A stretch of DNA of 64,000 nt from Felis catus (taxonomy: Eukaryota), in contig NC_058368.1 of the NCBI RefSeq assembly GCF_018350175.1, forward strand, positions 5,208,001 to 5,272,000, in the 5' to 3' direction. Under the pieces are notes generated by a model. The model ran no database searches. It saw nothing but the letters and a program-made list of their open reading frames with translations, and had not been told where the DNA came from. Below, in pieces: positions 37,601 through 51,760 of the stretch. Within the stretch, counting starts at the first letter, position 1. Every line of letters starts with the position of its first letter. The position numbers and the translations under genes are program-made.

Positions 37601-39140
37601 TATTTGGGAAGTAATTGCAAGGAAGGATGCAGAACTACTTCTAATCCAGGTCAGTCATTCCTGGAGGGATTCCCTGCCCTCCACAGTAGAAAGACAAGCC
37701 ATCTATTCAGTTTGAGCCCATGGTAAATGCTAGAGATTCTAGGGAGATGAGATCGTCCTTGACTCCAAGGACCCCAAAGCAGGACTTTGTGAACATTGAA
37801 GTTACTCTCTAAGAGAAGGAGGGAGTTTAAAGCCAACAGAGGAGGAAGTTCTGGCAGAGCAAGTTTCCAGGGGGAGATGCAGTTTGAGAATGGAGAGGAA
37901 TAGGCGGGATGGTGGATGCTTTTGGCTTTTATGAATGTCTTCTCCTCTTGTCCCTGGAGTGACGAATGAAGTTACTCGTGGTCATCTTTGTCATTACCTA
38001 TTTGGAATGTGTGGCTTAAAATACTCTTTTTTTATATTCGTGAACTTATTTTCATTCTGTCTACAAATCGGCAGTGATGAAACTTAGAGGTGCATGGCCC
38101 ATGAAATATGCAAATAGAAATTTACATAAATAATTTCTACTGCAGGAAGTTAAAAGTTGAAAAAGATTTTCTACGCCCCTGAAGTTCACCGTATTAAAGT
38201 AAACCAAGCCTTCCTCCTTAGACTTCAAACTGTGTTGTCGCAGCAGAAAGTGATAAAATCTAATCAGAATAAAATAATCCAGTGTCTGTTTTTTATTCAA
38301 TGCACGAGTACTCACTGTTTTGGTTTCTGGCTGCTCATGTGTTGAGTCGGCTGCTATATTGCTTCCACTGTAGGCTGAACTCTGTAGGTCATGGTTGCCC
38401 GAAGATAGGTTTTCATGGGGAGAAAGGCGTTAGCAGGCATAATAGAATTTCAGTATACACGCTGTGGTCAGTCACCCTCTAGGTCACCCTCTAGGCCCCC
38501 TGGCCTCTTCTGTGTGCTGTGTCTCAGTGCCTGGAAGTCCCCGGGTCCAGATCTGTCTGTCTTTTGAAAGCACAGACTAAGGTTGACCTAGCAAACCTTG
38601 ATGAGGAGCTCTGTTGCAACCAAATGACCCCAGAGTTTGTTGACTCGGTCTTTATGGTGTGAGAAACGTAGGGGCGTTCTGTGTTCGTTGACGGGAACTC
38701 CAGACCTTCTCAGAAGTGGGAGGGAGTCTCTTGGGAGATGAATGTTGCCAGCGAGGAAGAGAAGCCAGCTGCGAAAGGTACACACCGGAAGGCACGCTCG
38801 CAGGTGCATGAGCTGGGGAGGCAGGGTCCCAGCACGGGCCCTTCTGTGTCTGCTGTCTCCTGGCTTTTGCTTCCCGAGCGAAGGAAGAAGTAGGAGCTAC
38901 AGGTGTCACATCGTGAGAAAAAAGACCTGAGCTTGTTCAGGAGCTGCAAGCGGTCCAAGAAGTCGCAAGTTCAAGTGATGGCCAGAGCAGTAAGAGATAG
39001 AGGCTGAACCAAGAAGGCCTGATATATTCTGGGTAATGATTTTTAGGTGAAGCCTCTCTACCTAATGAAGATTTGAGGCAATACATGTCAAACCATGCCC
39101 TGAAAAGCATTTGTACTTTATTTGCATTTTTCTTAAGAAA

Positions 39141-39333
39141 GGTCTTTTTTAAAAATTTATTTTTTGAGAGAGAGAGAGAGAACGAGCATGGGAGAGGCAG
39201 AGAGAGAGGGAGAGACAGAATCCCAAGCCAACACTGGACCCCAACTCAGGGCTTGATCTCAAGACCGTGGGATCATGACCTGAGCTGAAATCGAGAGTCA
39301 GATGCTTACCCGACTGAGCCCCCCGGGCCCCCC
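39141..39333 (-). mobile_element. CanSINE, older subfamily
   Basis: TSD tcttaagaaa. Confidence 0.9.
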
Positions 39334-42300
39334 TCTTAAGAAATTGTCTTCACAGAGTAAGTCCACATGACCTCATCCCTCTCTCTGCCAACCTGCGTTG
39401 GTGTGTGACGCTAACATGAGTGATGTCCGTGTGTCAGGGCTGGTGGTCAAAACTGAATTATTTCCTTATTGACTGTGTACTTCTGATATTGGTCTCGTGA
39501 AGTACTCGTTAAGGCCTTTAATGTTGGCTTACCTTTGCCCTCCGGATCCCCTGCTTTGCGTCTCTCTGGGGTATGGTATGGTCTTATTTCTTGTGCTCGA
39601 TCCTTGGTTGCTTGGAAGTCTCTTTGCAAGTGTCGTGTGTGTTTCACTCTGTGGTTGGTACTTTTGTCAACTCACTGTAGAGCAGTTCAGCCATTGCCGT
39701 GGTTATTCAGATGAAACCAGAAACTATGCACGTTTCTGTAAAGGGGAAAACGCAAGCTGCAGCCAGGGTACATTAGATCCAGGGACCACGGGCGCTGAGA
39801 TGGGGTTAGGAGTAGGAGAGGCTCCTTTGGGGCAATGCCTCTGAAAGATGAAGGTGGGGGTGGGATGGGGTGGGATTGAGCGAGGAAAGCCTTCTTGTAG
39901 CAGTGCTCATCTGCTGCCTGTGATGGCAAAGAGAGAAGGCAGCAGAGCTGGGCTGGAAGAGCCTTGGGCTGTGACGCTGGTCCATTGGAAACCTCCAGAA
40001 CTGGGCTTGGCAAGTTACAGCCTGCAGGCCTGTCACCATCTTCATTAACAATGGCTTGGACTTAACTGCAGAATTTTAGGAGATACTCTGGTCTTAGTAA
40101 CATTGCATTTACTGAACTTGTGGAGTGCCTGTTTCCCCCCTCCCCCATGTTATAAGTCCATTTTATCTCCTTGCATGGAGGTCCATTTCAGAGGGCGTCC
40201 CTAAATTCTGTAGAGGGTAGTCCGTTGATTAGTGCTGTCTTCCTCCAACCCCCACACCTTCAGCTATAGGTGTGTAGAACTGAGTCAGATTGTCAGCAGA
40301 GTAAAAGGAAGGTCTGGAAAGGATACAGGATTCTCTGGTTGTGACCACCCTTGCTGCTAGTGCATTGACAAAGGATTTGAAGAGTAGAGAGTGCTACAGA
40401 GACTTAGGTATGGTCCAGGATTGTATGTCAGACGTCACTGAGAACTTGGGACAATTCTGGCAGGCTTTTGTAACATTCAGTCCATTTAAGTAGTGTCTTC
40501 AGTGGACTGAACTCTTGTCTAAGAGTGGTAGGCAATGCTTCTATCATTTGGGCCTCTCAGTTCCCTCATCTTCAAAGAATTATTGGTCATAAGGATATCC
40601 TACTACCTAGACAGGGTATTTCATTGTGCTTGCCTTACAGTTTCATGGTCCACTGTGAAAGTCCTTTCGTTCAAGGGGAAACTAATTGCTTAAGTGATCG
40701 GAAATCCATAGGTAAAGGAAGATCATCAGAAAATGACCGGCCTCTGGTCTTTCCCCTCCCTGTCATCCAGTCAACTGCCAGGCTTTGTTCATTAATTCCT
40801 TTGCTCTGCTTCTAAAATTAGCCGCTGTCCTTCTGGTGCCCAAGGCTCTCTTAAAACTAGAGACCCTTCCCTGTGTGAACACCTTCCCTGATCTGTAGCT
40901 CCATTACACCATTTCTGACTCTACGTCTGTGTAATTACGTACATGTTTTCACTTCCAGGTCATCTAGCTTCTCACACCTTGTCTGTCAAAATGGTCCTTC
41001 CACTCCCTACTCTTTGCTCTGGTTTTCAGAGGCAGTGTTGTGTAGGGAAGCAAAAGTTAGGAGCTTTTGTCGTTCTTGTGTGTCTGGGTGCGGAGGGGAG
41101 TAGAATACAGTCCTAAGAGGGCATCCTAGAAAGCTGCATGAATCAAGTGGCTCACAGCGCATGTTGGCCCATGGCTTTGTCTTACTCTGGATGTCCTTCT
41201 CTGTATTTACCCTTTGGAGCTCTTTACGTAGAGCTCAGTTGCTGGCTTTGTAGTGAGAGACCTCTTAAATCTCTCCAGTACTGCCCCCTTACTACTACAG
41301 CTGGAAATACTCGTTTCTCTTAGACACTACACACCCATAGCATTCAAGGTCTCTTTTCCTGCTCCCACAGACGCTGAGGAAGAGTAAGATCAATAAGGCA
41401 TAGTCTCTACTTTTCCAATTAGAGACCTTTTCAACCAGAAAGACACACAGAGTAATTATGACCTGGAAAATGCACAGACGGGACAGTTGGGTATGGTTAT
41501 TGGAGGTTGTGTAAGACTGAGAAAAATATTCCCTGGGAGAATTCCCTGCCTGGCCATGTCTGAGGGTCCTGTAAGTAGAGGGGGGCCCTCCAACCCGACC
41601 TGGGGATGTGTGGTGAGCGAAGACTTCTCAGAAGAGAGTTGTTGGGAGGCAAACACGCTAAGAGGAAGAAAATGCAGGTGGAAGAAGACCTTTCACATCC
41701 TGTGCTGTAGTACTCTGCACAGATTGGTTTCCTCACCACATTGCAAGTTCTCTGAAGGCAGGGAGAGAGTTTTTGATTTTGACGTTGTGCACATCGAATG
41801 TTCTGAACTTCGGATGAATGAACGACTTCCATCTGCCTCCATCGTTTTGCTTGGCTGCTTGACTTACTGATTTCTTCTGTATGTTCCTGCCTTCAGGGCA
41901 CTTGACTCTCTAGGGACTTTGTTTTCCTGGGTTAAGCACCCAGTCCTGTAATCACCACCACCACCACCATGTTGCCTGTGAGCCTGGCATTTGGGGGCAG
42001 TTGTGTTTTTAATGTATAGACTCTGGGGCTATACTTTCAGTTAAAGAAAAAGAAATCATCCCAAACCTAATAAGGATACAAGACCAGCAACAAATATTTG
42101 TCTGTTTTTGGAAACTCCTTGAAGCCCCACCCTCAAATTATTTATAACGTAGGTCATATAAATGATTCATAACGAGTAAAATTCAACTTACAGATACAAA
42201 GCTAGTTGGTGAATCACCCCCTGTTTTCTTTATCTCTAAAATGAACATGCTTGTCATGAGTGGTTTCAGAATTCTATGGGTTAACCCATACAGAGTGCGT

Positions 42301-44997
42301 AGACCAGGCTCAACGAAAGATTGTGCTTCTTACCATAACTGTGCATGACCTGTCAGTGACACGGCAAAGACAGCTAATTGAGTTGGCGACACGAGTCGGT
42401 GGAGGATGCTGGGATTTCACGGACCCCGTCCGCGTCTCTTTGGCATTGCTCCTCCTTTATAAAGAAAGATTTTCCCATATTTGGAACTTTCTCACTTCTG
42501 TGTCTGAGAAGAAATGGGATACACAGAATGTCACATCAACAAGAAAATCAGGGGAAGCCATCCCAACTGGGAGAGAATGTGTTGTATCCGTGGAGTCGGG
42601 AGTAAAATTGGCCTCCTGGTGGACCCTTTCAAATCTGACTGCCTGTAATGTTGAAGGTTACATTAAGATTGTTGATGGAAGTAAAGAGCGATAGCTTCAT
42701 ATGACCCGCGGTGAGAAGCACACAGGGTGGGCGGACTTATATGTGAAACAGCATGATAGTTGGAGCAAATGAATGTGCCTTTCTCTTGTACTTGAGATGT
42801 GACTTCTATGCACTCAGTGCCTCTGCCTCCCTGGGGAAGGTTTAGAAGATCCACCACGAGAAATATCAAGGTGTCTTCCCCTTATGCTTTTCAAAAATAG
42901 CAGGGACGGACAAGCCAGCCTCTCGTTAATGAGATTTTGCGGATTAATTTTCCTCTCCGTTAAAGGGTTTACAACAGACCTGGGAGGGCTTGGCTGTCAG
43001 CATTTTCTGCGTTGAAGAAGAGTTGGGTTTGCAAAGGGTTGTTTGGAATCCAGAAAGAATGAGGTCAGGGACGTACACTGAAAAGCTTGCCTGTCCTTTT
43101 GATCTTTAGGAGGTGGAAGGGGGGTGGTGGTGATGGTGGGGGGGGGGTTGGGAAGAGAAGAAATCCATCTGAAAAGAAACATCTTAATTTTTCTCTCTCT
43201 GGGGAAAGTTTCCCCAGTCAAAGAGGGGAGATGTGTGACATATAACTGAGAGGTAAGAAAAAGTTTCCTTTTCCTGAATCGCCCACCGGTACTTTTCATG
43301 TGGTCTGGGAGCAGGTTGAGAAGCTGCTGGGCCCTTCCGGGGCTGCAGAGAGATGACTGATGATGCGGGGCAGGTGGGCTGGTTCTGAGACGACACTCCG
43401 TGAATCCGAACACCTTTGGCCAAGGTGTTTTGTGTCTTCCGAATGCTTAGGACAGGCAACGAACAACTTCAAAGAAAACTGCACCTCTCCTCGGATTAAC
43501 TGTTCAAAGCCTGCCTTCATGCGTATAGTGAAACAGTAGTGAGCTTTTTAAGGTTGGTGCCCTTAATTTGCACCCGGTTTCCTGGCCCCAGGAGTGATGA
43601 GTATCCATCCCCTAGCAACAGGGAGTTGCAACACAAGTCCCTGGGCTTGTAATTTTAAGCCTCGCCCAATCCGGCCCGTCATATAGAAAAATCCTCTGAA
43701 TTGACTGCTGCGAAACCTAGCCTTTCTTTTTGGTCGTTTTCGCTTTTGTATATTAAAGAGATTGCCTTAAAAGCACATCTGCCTTCACTTACATTAACGT
43801 TCATCATTTGTGAATTACTAAATGATCTAAGGTGTGAAATGCGTTTCGAGGAACCAGAAGCCTGCTTTGCAATGTTGCCCTAGGTGGAAACAAAGCCTCA
43901 AATTACTGTGGCTCCTTTTTCACCCCCGGGTGCCGGAGCCAAGTAGGTTGTATATAACGTATCGCTGGCACGTGCCTTTGCTCGCACGCCATTATTCCTG
44001 GAACACTCTGCTTTTTTCCACACAGCCAAATCATACTATCCTACTCATTTTTGTAAGCCTGGTTCCGATGCTTCCTCAACAAAGTCACCCTGGTCTTTGG
44101 CCTTGGCAAGACTGGCAGTCATCTTTGTCTTCTGGATTCCCCTGTATCTCGGTCTCCGTTTCTGTTGCTTCTGCTGAAGCGTGAGCCTGGGCCTTCAACT
44201 GTGCACTCCTATGCCTAGCAAAATGCCTTAGGTCCAGGAAGGGCCCAATTCCCGCTTGGATAAATTCAACATTCCACAGTATTTTACATCCTCAAGAGGC
44301 CGGGGCCAGTGTCTTCCCTTCTCTGTCCCTGACAAAGAGAAAAGAGAAGCCAATAAGTATTGGCAGTCAAAAGTGTCCCTTTCTCTTTGTGTTTCTTTTA
44401 AATTCCTGGACAGAAATGGATCACAGCTGCTGTACTCGGAGAGCTGTGGTTTGCGCAAAGTGGGGTCTAGAAAAGGCCTCCAAAACGTGTCCGCCGTGGC
44501 TAGGATCACCGCATTTCGCATTTGGACCGCATTTTCATTATGTGTGTTTGATTAGGAGCAGTAATGGCTCGAGGGCTTCCCCGGCTGCTGGACTGCTTTG
44601 TGTCATTGTGTTCTGAAGGATTATGAAACGTCTTTGTAAATATGGAGTGTAATGGCCAGAGTTGAACTTGAAACCTTTGGGGCAGGGGAGGGGTGTGTGT
44701 GTGCACGCACCCACACGTACGCACGCACACACACGTGCCTCTGGGTAAAAGCTGATGATAGTACTGTTTTCCTGGAAACTTTTCTGGAGGCAAAGAGAAC
44801 CATCTTTTACATACCTTTTAAGTGCATACAAAATGAGGACAAAAGACCCAGTCCACTTAATTCCAGGAACAAAAGGCTGCAGATCCTGTTTGCTCTTTAT
44901 GTGTCCTGTTTTGTTGCCGTGGAAGATATTTAATGTTTCCTTGAGGTGGGAGTTGTGATGTAATCAGGTTGGTAACTGGAAAGAACTTCGTGTGTAT

Positions 44998-45156
44998 GAA
45001 GGGTCAGCAGACTGTGTCCGGTGGGCCAAATCTGACCTGTGAGTGAGAAACGGTTTTTACATTTTTAAGAGTTTTGTGTTTAAAAAAGAGAGGCGTATGT
45101 AGCCCAAAGTCTATAATGTTTACTGTCTGACCCTTCACAGAAAGTTTGCCAACGTT
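44998..45156 (+). mobile_element. MER58-like hAT-Charlie MITE
   Basis: agggtcagcagact...gtgggccaaatctgacc...ggtttttacatttttaa...tttactgtctgacccttcacagaaagtttgccaac. Confidence 0.75.
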
Positions 45157-45409
45157 TGATTTCTATCATCGAGAAAGTTTGCCAACGTTTGATTTCTATC
45201 ATCGATTCCTGTTTTGCGGTTGAAGAGACCAAAGCTAGCTGGTGTCCCGACTTGCTGAGGTCCGTAAAGGCAGCCTGTTCTAATGGAAGGAGCATTGGAT
45301 TCAAGTTTCTGCAGATCTGGCTTCTCTAATCCTATCTTGCGTTTGACCTGATACGCTTCTGTGATTGCTCGTAACGTCTCCCTTTTGGTTCTATCATTGT
45401 AGAGTTCAG

Positions 45410-46102
45410 CAAGTAATGTCTGCAGTTCGGTTGTAATACCAAGTACCCACAGTGAGTTCAGACTTTACAGGTTCAGGGCACAAGTTTTCTAGAAGACTGC
45501 CCTCGCTTCAGACAGGAGCTGCAAGCTCAGGGATGCCTAGACCACTTGAACTTCTGACCAAATGGCTACAAATTCAAGGATTTCCATTACCCCTTCAGTT
45601 TCAATATATGCTAGAATAACTGAGAACTCAGAAAAGCACTATATTTAGGATTACAGTTTTTATCATAAAGGGTGCAAATCAGGACCAGCCAAATGGAGAG
45701 AGACACTAGGGTGAGGTCTGGGAGGGTCCCACATATGAAGCTCCTTAGGACATGTCATCGGAGCTTTGGTGTCCGTAGTGTTTATTGGGCTTTCGTTACA
45801 TAGGCATAATTAATTGGACCAATGGCCACATGATTGAATTCAGTCTCCAGTTCCCCTTCTTCCCTGGAGTTGGGAGGTCAGACCCCAACCTTCTAATCAC
45901 ATGGTTGGTTTTTCTGGTCAACCCCCATTCTAAAATGGCCTAGGGGCCCACCAGGGTCACCTCATTAGCATAAAATTGGGTTATGGTCCTGGGGCCCCAC
46001 CTTGAATAGCAAAGACACTCCTGCCCCTGGGGTAGTTCCAAGGGGTTAGAAGCTCCCCCAGGAAGCCCAGACAGAGACCAGCCAAACTCTTTATTCCACA
46101 AC
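45410..46102 (-). mobile_element. MER21-like ERVL solo LTR
   Basis: The minus strand starts tgttgtgg...tttggctggtct...ttcctggg...ctaaccccttggaa...gagtgtctttg...tatgctaatgaggtgac, as in MER21; internal aagactgccctcgcttcaga and gctagaataactgagaactcagaaaagcac motifs. Confidence 0.75.
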
Positions 46103-47543
46103 AATGTCCAGGATCTGACTTCCCACAGAACTAGTAACAGAGGTTCTAGAAAGAGGCTTGCCCCTTTAATAGGTTTCTGACTTAGGAAGACTAGAGTATT
46201 TCTTTCCCAAGAATTTCTACTGTGAGGTAGTGAAACTTCTTTGCGAGGGAAGTGGACTAGATAAGTCACCAGCATCTTCTGGAGTTCTGAGTTAGAGAAA
46301 AATACTGCAGTTCAGAGTGAAGGATTTTATTTCTATGTTGCTTAAGGCAATAAAATGCTTAGTAAAAATTTGCCTTCTATTAACTCCCCTTTAATGTTGA
46401 ACTCTTTGAGGTTCTTAACTCCCCCCTGGACCAACACTAAAATGTATATTAGATAATCAACAGTCATAAAATAATGTATGATTAATTAGATAGGAACAGA
46501 TTTCAGAAACCTGTTAAGATTTTTCCTTCTCTTTCCAGAATGATCTCCATGGAATTAATTTACGTAATGGGGAGACATGAGGCATTGTCCTCACTTCTGT
46601 CTGCTCACCTGCGAGTGGGAGGTCCAGCGTTGTCCCTGCTCCCTAGCTAGTGACTTCACATCCTTGTTGCCACAGATATATCGTGTGAGTTAAATGAGAC
46701 ATTTGGGCCATTCAGCAACATGAAAATACTATAAGGACACGAAGAAAGTGAGTGGGAAGAGATTACCAGGCAAGCTGGAGCCACGGGGTGGCTGGGGTCC
46801 GTGGGAGAGTTGTAGGGATCCGTGACATGTGTGGCAGAACTAGGCTGCTTTCCTCTGCCCCTTCCCTATTCTTCACCCATCCTCTGTGCCTATCCTCTTA
46901 AAATTCTTTCTCCTGTCCTGGCAGAAACTCTGAAGGAAGGAGGGGCTTCTTTATTTAGCCAATCACCTTCCAGCTATTTCTGGGCTTTATCCAAACCAAC
47001 CAACCCAAGTGTTGCCACAAAAACATTCCTCTGTCAAATCCGACTTCTCTGGGTGTGGGTTGTGGCGTCTAATGGCACTTGTGCCAGGGGCATCTAAAAC
47101 CTTGCCCCCGCCCCAGGGTGATCTATACGTGAATAGGTACTTCTCCCTCCTCTTTAACCTTACTTGCATATCTGTCTTAAAGGAAACAAATAGGTTCTCT
47201 GTGCTCCCTCACAGTACTGACTAGCACTTCTGCTTATTCAGGAGTGGGTCAAGGAACCCAGAGACCCCAGTATAGCTAAGATCTGGGAAGGAAATTACCC
47301 AGAATCCAGAAAGCTGTTGGGACAGTTTCTGTTGCTCTCCCTGAAATGGTTTCGTCTTTATTTCAAAAGAAACCCTCTATTTCGCTGCCTACTCCACGGG
47401 TAGAAGATGGCCATCCAGAGACCCAGAGTGTGTATGTTAATAGAGCAGCCACATGCAGAAACCTGTCACAGTTTCCAGAAGACTCCTCTAATGGCCAAAC
47501 TTGGATGAAGTAACTATCCCTGGTGCGAAAAGCTGTGATGCGT

Positions 47544-47758
47544 GGGGATGCCTGGGTGGCTCAGTTGGTTAAGCGTCCGCCTCATGGTTTCAGCCCAGGT
47601 CACGACCTCACAGTTCATGAGTTCGAGCCCCATGTCATTGGGGCTGATGGCACAGAGCCTGCTTGGGAATTTTCTCTCTGCCTCTGTCTCTGCCCCTTCC
47701 CAGCTTGTTCTCTCTCCCCCTCTCTCAATAAACAAACAAACAAACAAACATTAAAAAA
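47544..47758 (+). mobile_element. CanSINE
   Basis: TSD aaaagctgtgatgc. Confidence 0.93.
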
Positions 47759-49456
47759 AAAAGCTGTGATGCATGCATCGACCCTTTCATAGACCCGTCC
47801 GGGGCTCTCTGGCCTGCATACGGGAAGGGAAAGGTTCAGTGACCACACAAGGGAGTCTGTGGTTCAGCAGCTGGGTAGGCATCCTCAAAAGGGACCTGCT
47901 ACATTAGCCCTTTATCTATATTTACAGACTGGCTACTGTGTGCTAGGCATTATTCAGGATGACAGGGCTAGAACCACGAGCAAGACAAAGTCCCTGTCCT
48001 CATGCCCTTGGCCGTCAGCTGTCTTGTCGGCGTTTCTTGTTGTGTAGTAGGCAAGCTTAGTGCTTGTCCATTTTCCCACTCTTGTTTCTCTTTATTCTTT
48101 TTTACCTTGGTTTCTTTCTCAACAGATATTTATTGAACTCCCACTGTCTGCTGACACTGTGCTTGTTTATATGGGGGAGTTGTAAGCATATACTCTAATT
48201 TTGCACGGTGGTATTTTCAAAATGCATTAACTCAGGATTCATCTTGGGAGTCCGAATTTGAAACCTTAGTCATGCTGTGCTTCGCTATATATGGTGTAGT
48301 GTTCTCTTTAGGCGATATATTTTCGACAGATGTGTGGTATTTGGAAAAGATTAATGTTTTTCTCCAAAGCAGGACTTGGTTGGGATGAGGCCACTGAGGT
48401 AGAAGAAAGTTATTGGCGTCCTGGGGAAGGTGGGGGGGGGGGCACTATAATGATTGCTATCCAGAATAAAATTCCAGGCCGGCCCTGACGTAGTGTAGAA
48501 AGGTGAGTTGGCCTCGTGCATGGTAGATGCTTGGGAGACATTATTTCATGTAATTCTGTCTCTAATTGTGTAATTTGTTTGCACCCCAACATGCGTTATC
48601 CAACACTTAACTTCTTGTTTGGGGAAAATGGTTTCCATTCTCATGTCTATCACTAGTGCTTTTTTTTGTCCCAATCTTCTCTTCTTCAAATTCGAATTAC
48701 CCAATGTTCTTTTTTCTTTTTTTTTCTGGCCCACACAGTCAATCCCAAAAAAGTCTTACAGGGTTTCCTTTTGAGATCGTTCTCCTGTCTGTGCGTTTTT
48801 TGTTTTTTGTTTTTTGGTTTTTTTTTGCCCATTCTCCATTGAAGTTTTGCTTTTTAACCTCTTGCTTCTAGACTGTAGAATCAATTTCCTACCTGATCTC
48901 CTTATCTACAGATCCTCTCCTCTTTCTGCTTCTACTTGTACCTCACTGCCAGCTGCACTTCTCCCCTGCTTAGAAACCGTCTGTGGCTTCAGATGACCTT
49001 CAGGATGAAGTTTAAATTTCTCTGCCTGGCATTTAACTCCTCCCCAGTCCTCCCCCCCCCCCCCCAGCTTCCTTTCTATTTCCCACTTTGGACCCCTCAG
49101 TGCTTGTTTTTGTTTGTTTGGTTTCATTGGCTTATCCATCTTGTCTCCTTGGGCCTTTGCCTAACTTCTTTCTAGTTCCTGCCCCCAACTGTCCTTGTCC
49201 TCTTTCCTAACAGAAACCTTACCCATACTTTAATGCTTGTATATCTGTCCTCCCAACTCTTTTTGTCACCAGCTCCCCTCACGCCCAAAGAGGCTGCTGA
49301 CCCCTGACCCTCCTTAGCACCTTCAAGCCCACTCTTAGTCACTTGTCCTGAACCGTAGTGTACTGGTAACCATAGTTATACCTTAGTACCTTAAGCTGGT
49401 TAACATTTTGACAGTAGGCGCTAGGCCTTTGTTTGTTTGTTCCCAGCAGCATCCAA

Positions 49457-49613
49457 CAAGTGATTCTCAACTGTGGCTGCCCACTGGTATCCCTCAAGGC
49501 ACTCGAGAACAGAGTAAAAGACGTTGGAACCTGTGGGGGTGGGGCCCAGGGCCTATATAATTGTGGGAGCTCCCTTGGTGATGATAATGTGCACCAGGGT
49601 CAAGAGCCACTGA
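49457..49613. mobile_element. MER5-like hAT MITE remnant
   Basis: agtgattctcaactgtggctgc...ggggtggggcccagg...ctcccttggtgat...aatgtgcaccagggtcaagagccactg. Confidence 0.6.
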
Positions 49614-50839
49614 GTGAATACAGTCTAAGCAATGGACTGTTCTGACCCATACAAGTTTATGGCGTTTGAGCCCTCTGTGCGAATCATTGCATCTCTGCCT
49701 GGAGAATTCAAAGCGACCCTTTAGAAGACTTGAGTGAAAATGACTTATTTGAATAGCAAACATGAGTGCCCGTTATGTGCCAGGTACTGTTCTAGGTGCA
49801 GAGATCACTGTCCTGAACAAAACATGTCCCCGTTGTCCTGGAGCTTCTGCTCTTGGCCGTGGGAAGACGGACCATAAAGAAATATCAGGTAATGATGATC
49901 GAGGCTGCAGGTGACTAGAGCAGGGTAAATGGGCAGAGAAAAAAAGCGGTATTTTTATGACGGGAATGTTTTTGAAACTAGCCTATCTGCCTTAATTCAC
50001 CAAGTGCTTTAAAACCCAGCGTTCTCTGACTGAAGTGTGGGAGCCCCGGCCGGGCTCTCAGGCCAGTCAGTCTTGAAGTGGGAACTTTTGCTCTCTGCTG
50101 CCCCTTGTCAATAAGCAGAGGGCAGAGCAGTCCCCTGTGAGGCCAGAGGAACCCTGGAGAGTGGAGGCTGGAGGCAGGGAGCGAGCATCTGAGGAGACGG
50201 GGGTCCCCAAATGGGGAGCAGCTAACGCGCTGTGACCGGGGACCCAGCTGTGAATACTCCTCGGGATAATACGCCCGCTGTCAACCGATTTTGTTTTGGT
50301 TGTTCCCCTCATGTGATCACGATGAATAGGATTATAATCACTTTCCACAGATGTCAACACTTTCTCGTTCAAGATTTCTCTCTGTCAATGAATGTTCGTT
50401 GCAGCTGTGAAGTAGGTGTTTGCTGCAATGAGATGTCAGTTTCTTAAACAGTATACATCATTCATTTCTTTGATAGGTGGAAGGCATGGCAGATAGTAGC
50501 GCGAAGATGCAGGTATGGAAAAGGAGAGGAGGCCTGCCCTGCAGGGCATTTATTTTTCTGGGTTCCTTTACTTCAGGCATCCCTCCCTGAGGGTCGGTTC
50601 TTGAGGTGGGTTGCCCCTGGTGATAAGGGATACGCTTGGCGGTTGGCGACGGGGGTGTGTTCAGGTGTAGCCGGTCCAGTAATGGGCGTGTCATTATTCT
50701 CCATGCTGACACCTGCGTACGTGGAGGTTATGGCGTGGGGGCGGGGGGGGGTTGGTTGGCCCACAGAGGGGCTTGACTGTAGGACTGAAGTCAACTCTTA
50801 AGGGGATACACTTGCGTGTGCCTTGACCCCAGGAACCGA

Positions 50840-51760
<921 letters not shown>

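Noticed and set aside
38471..38494. Short direct repeats (gtcaccctctag x2; similar ones near 37218, 52887 and 55901)
   Set aside because: Isolated two-copy slippage duplications with no array or spacer structure; not CRISPR-like.
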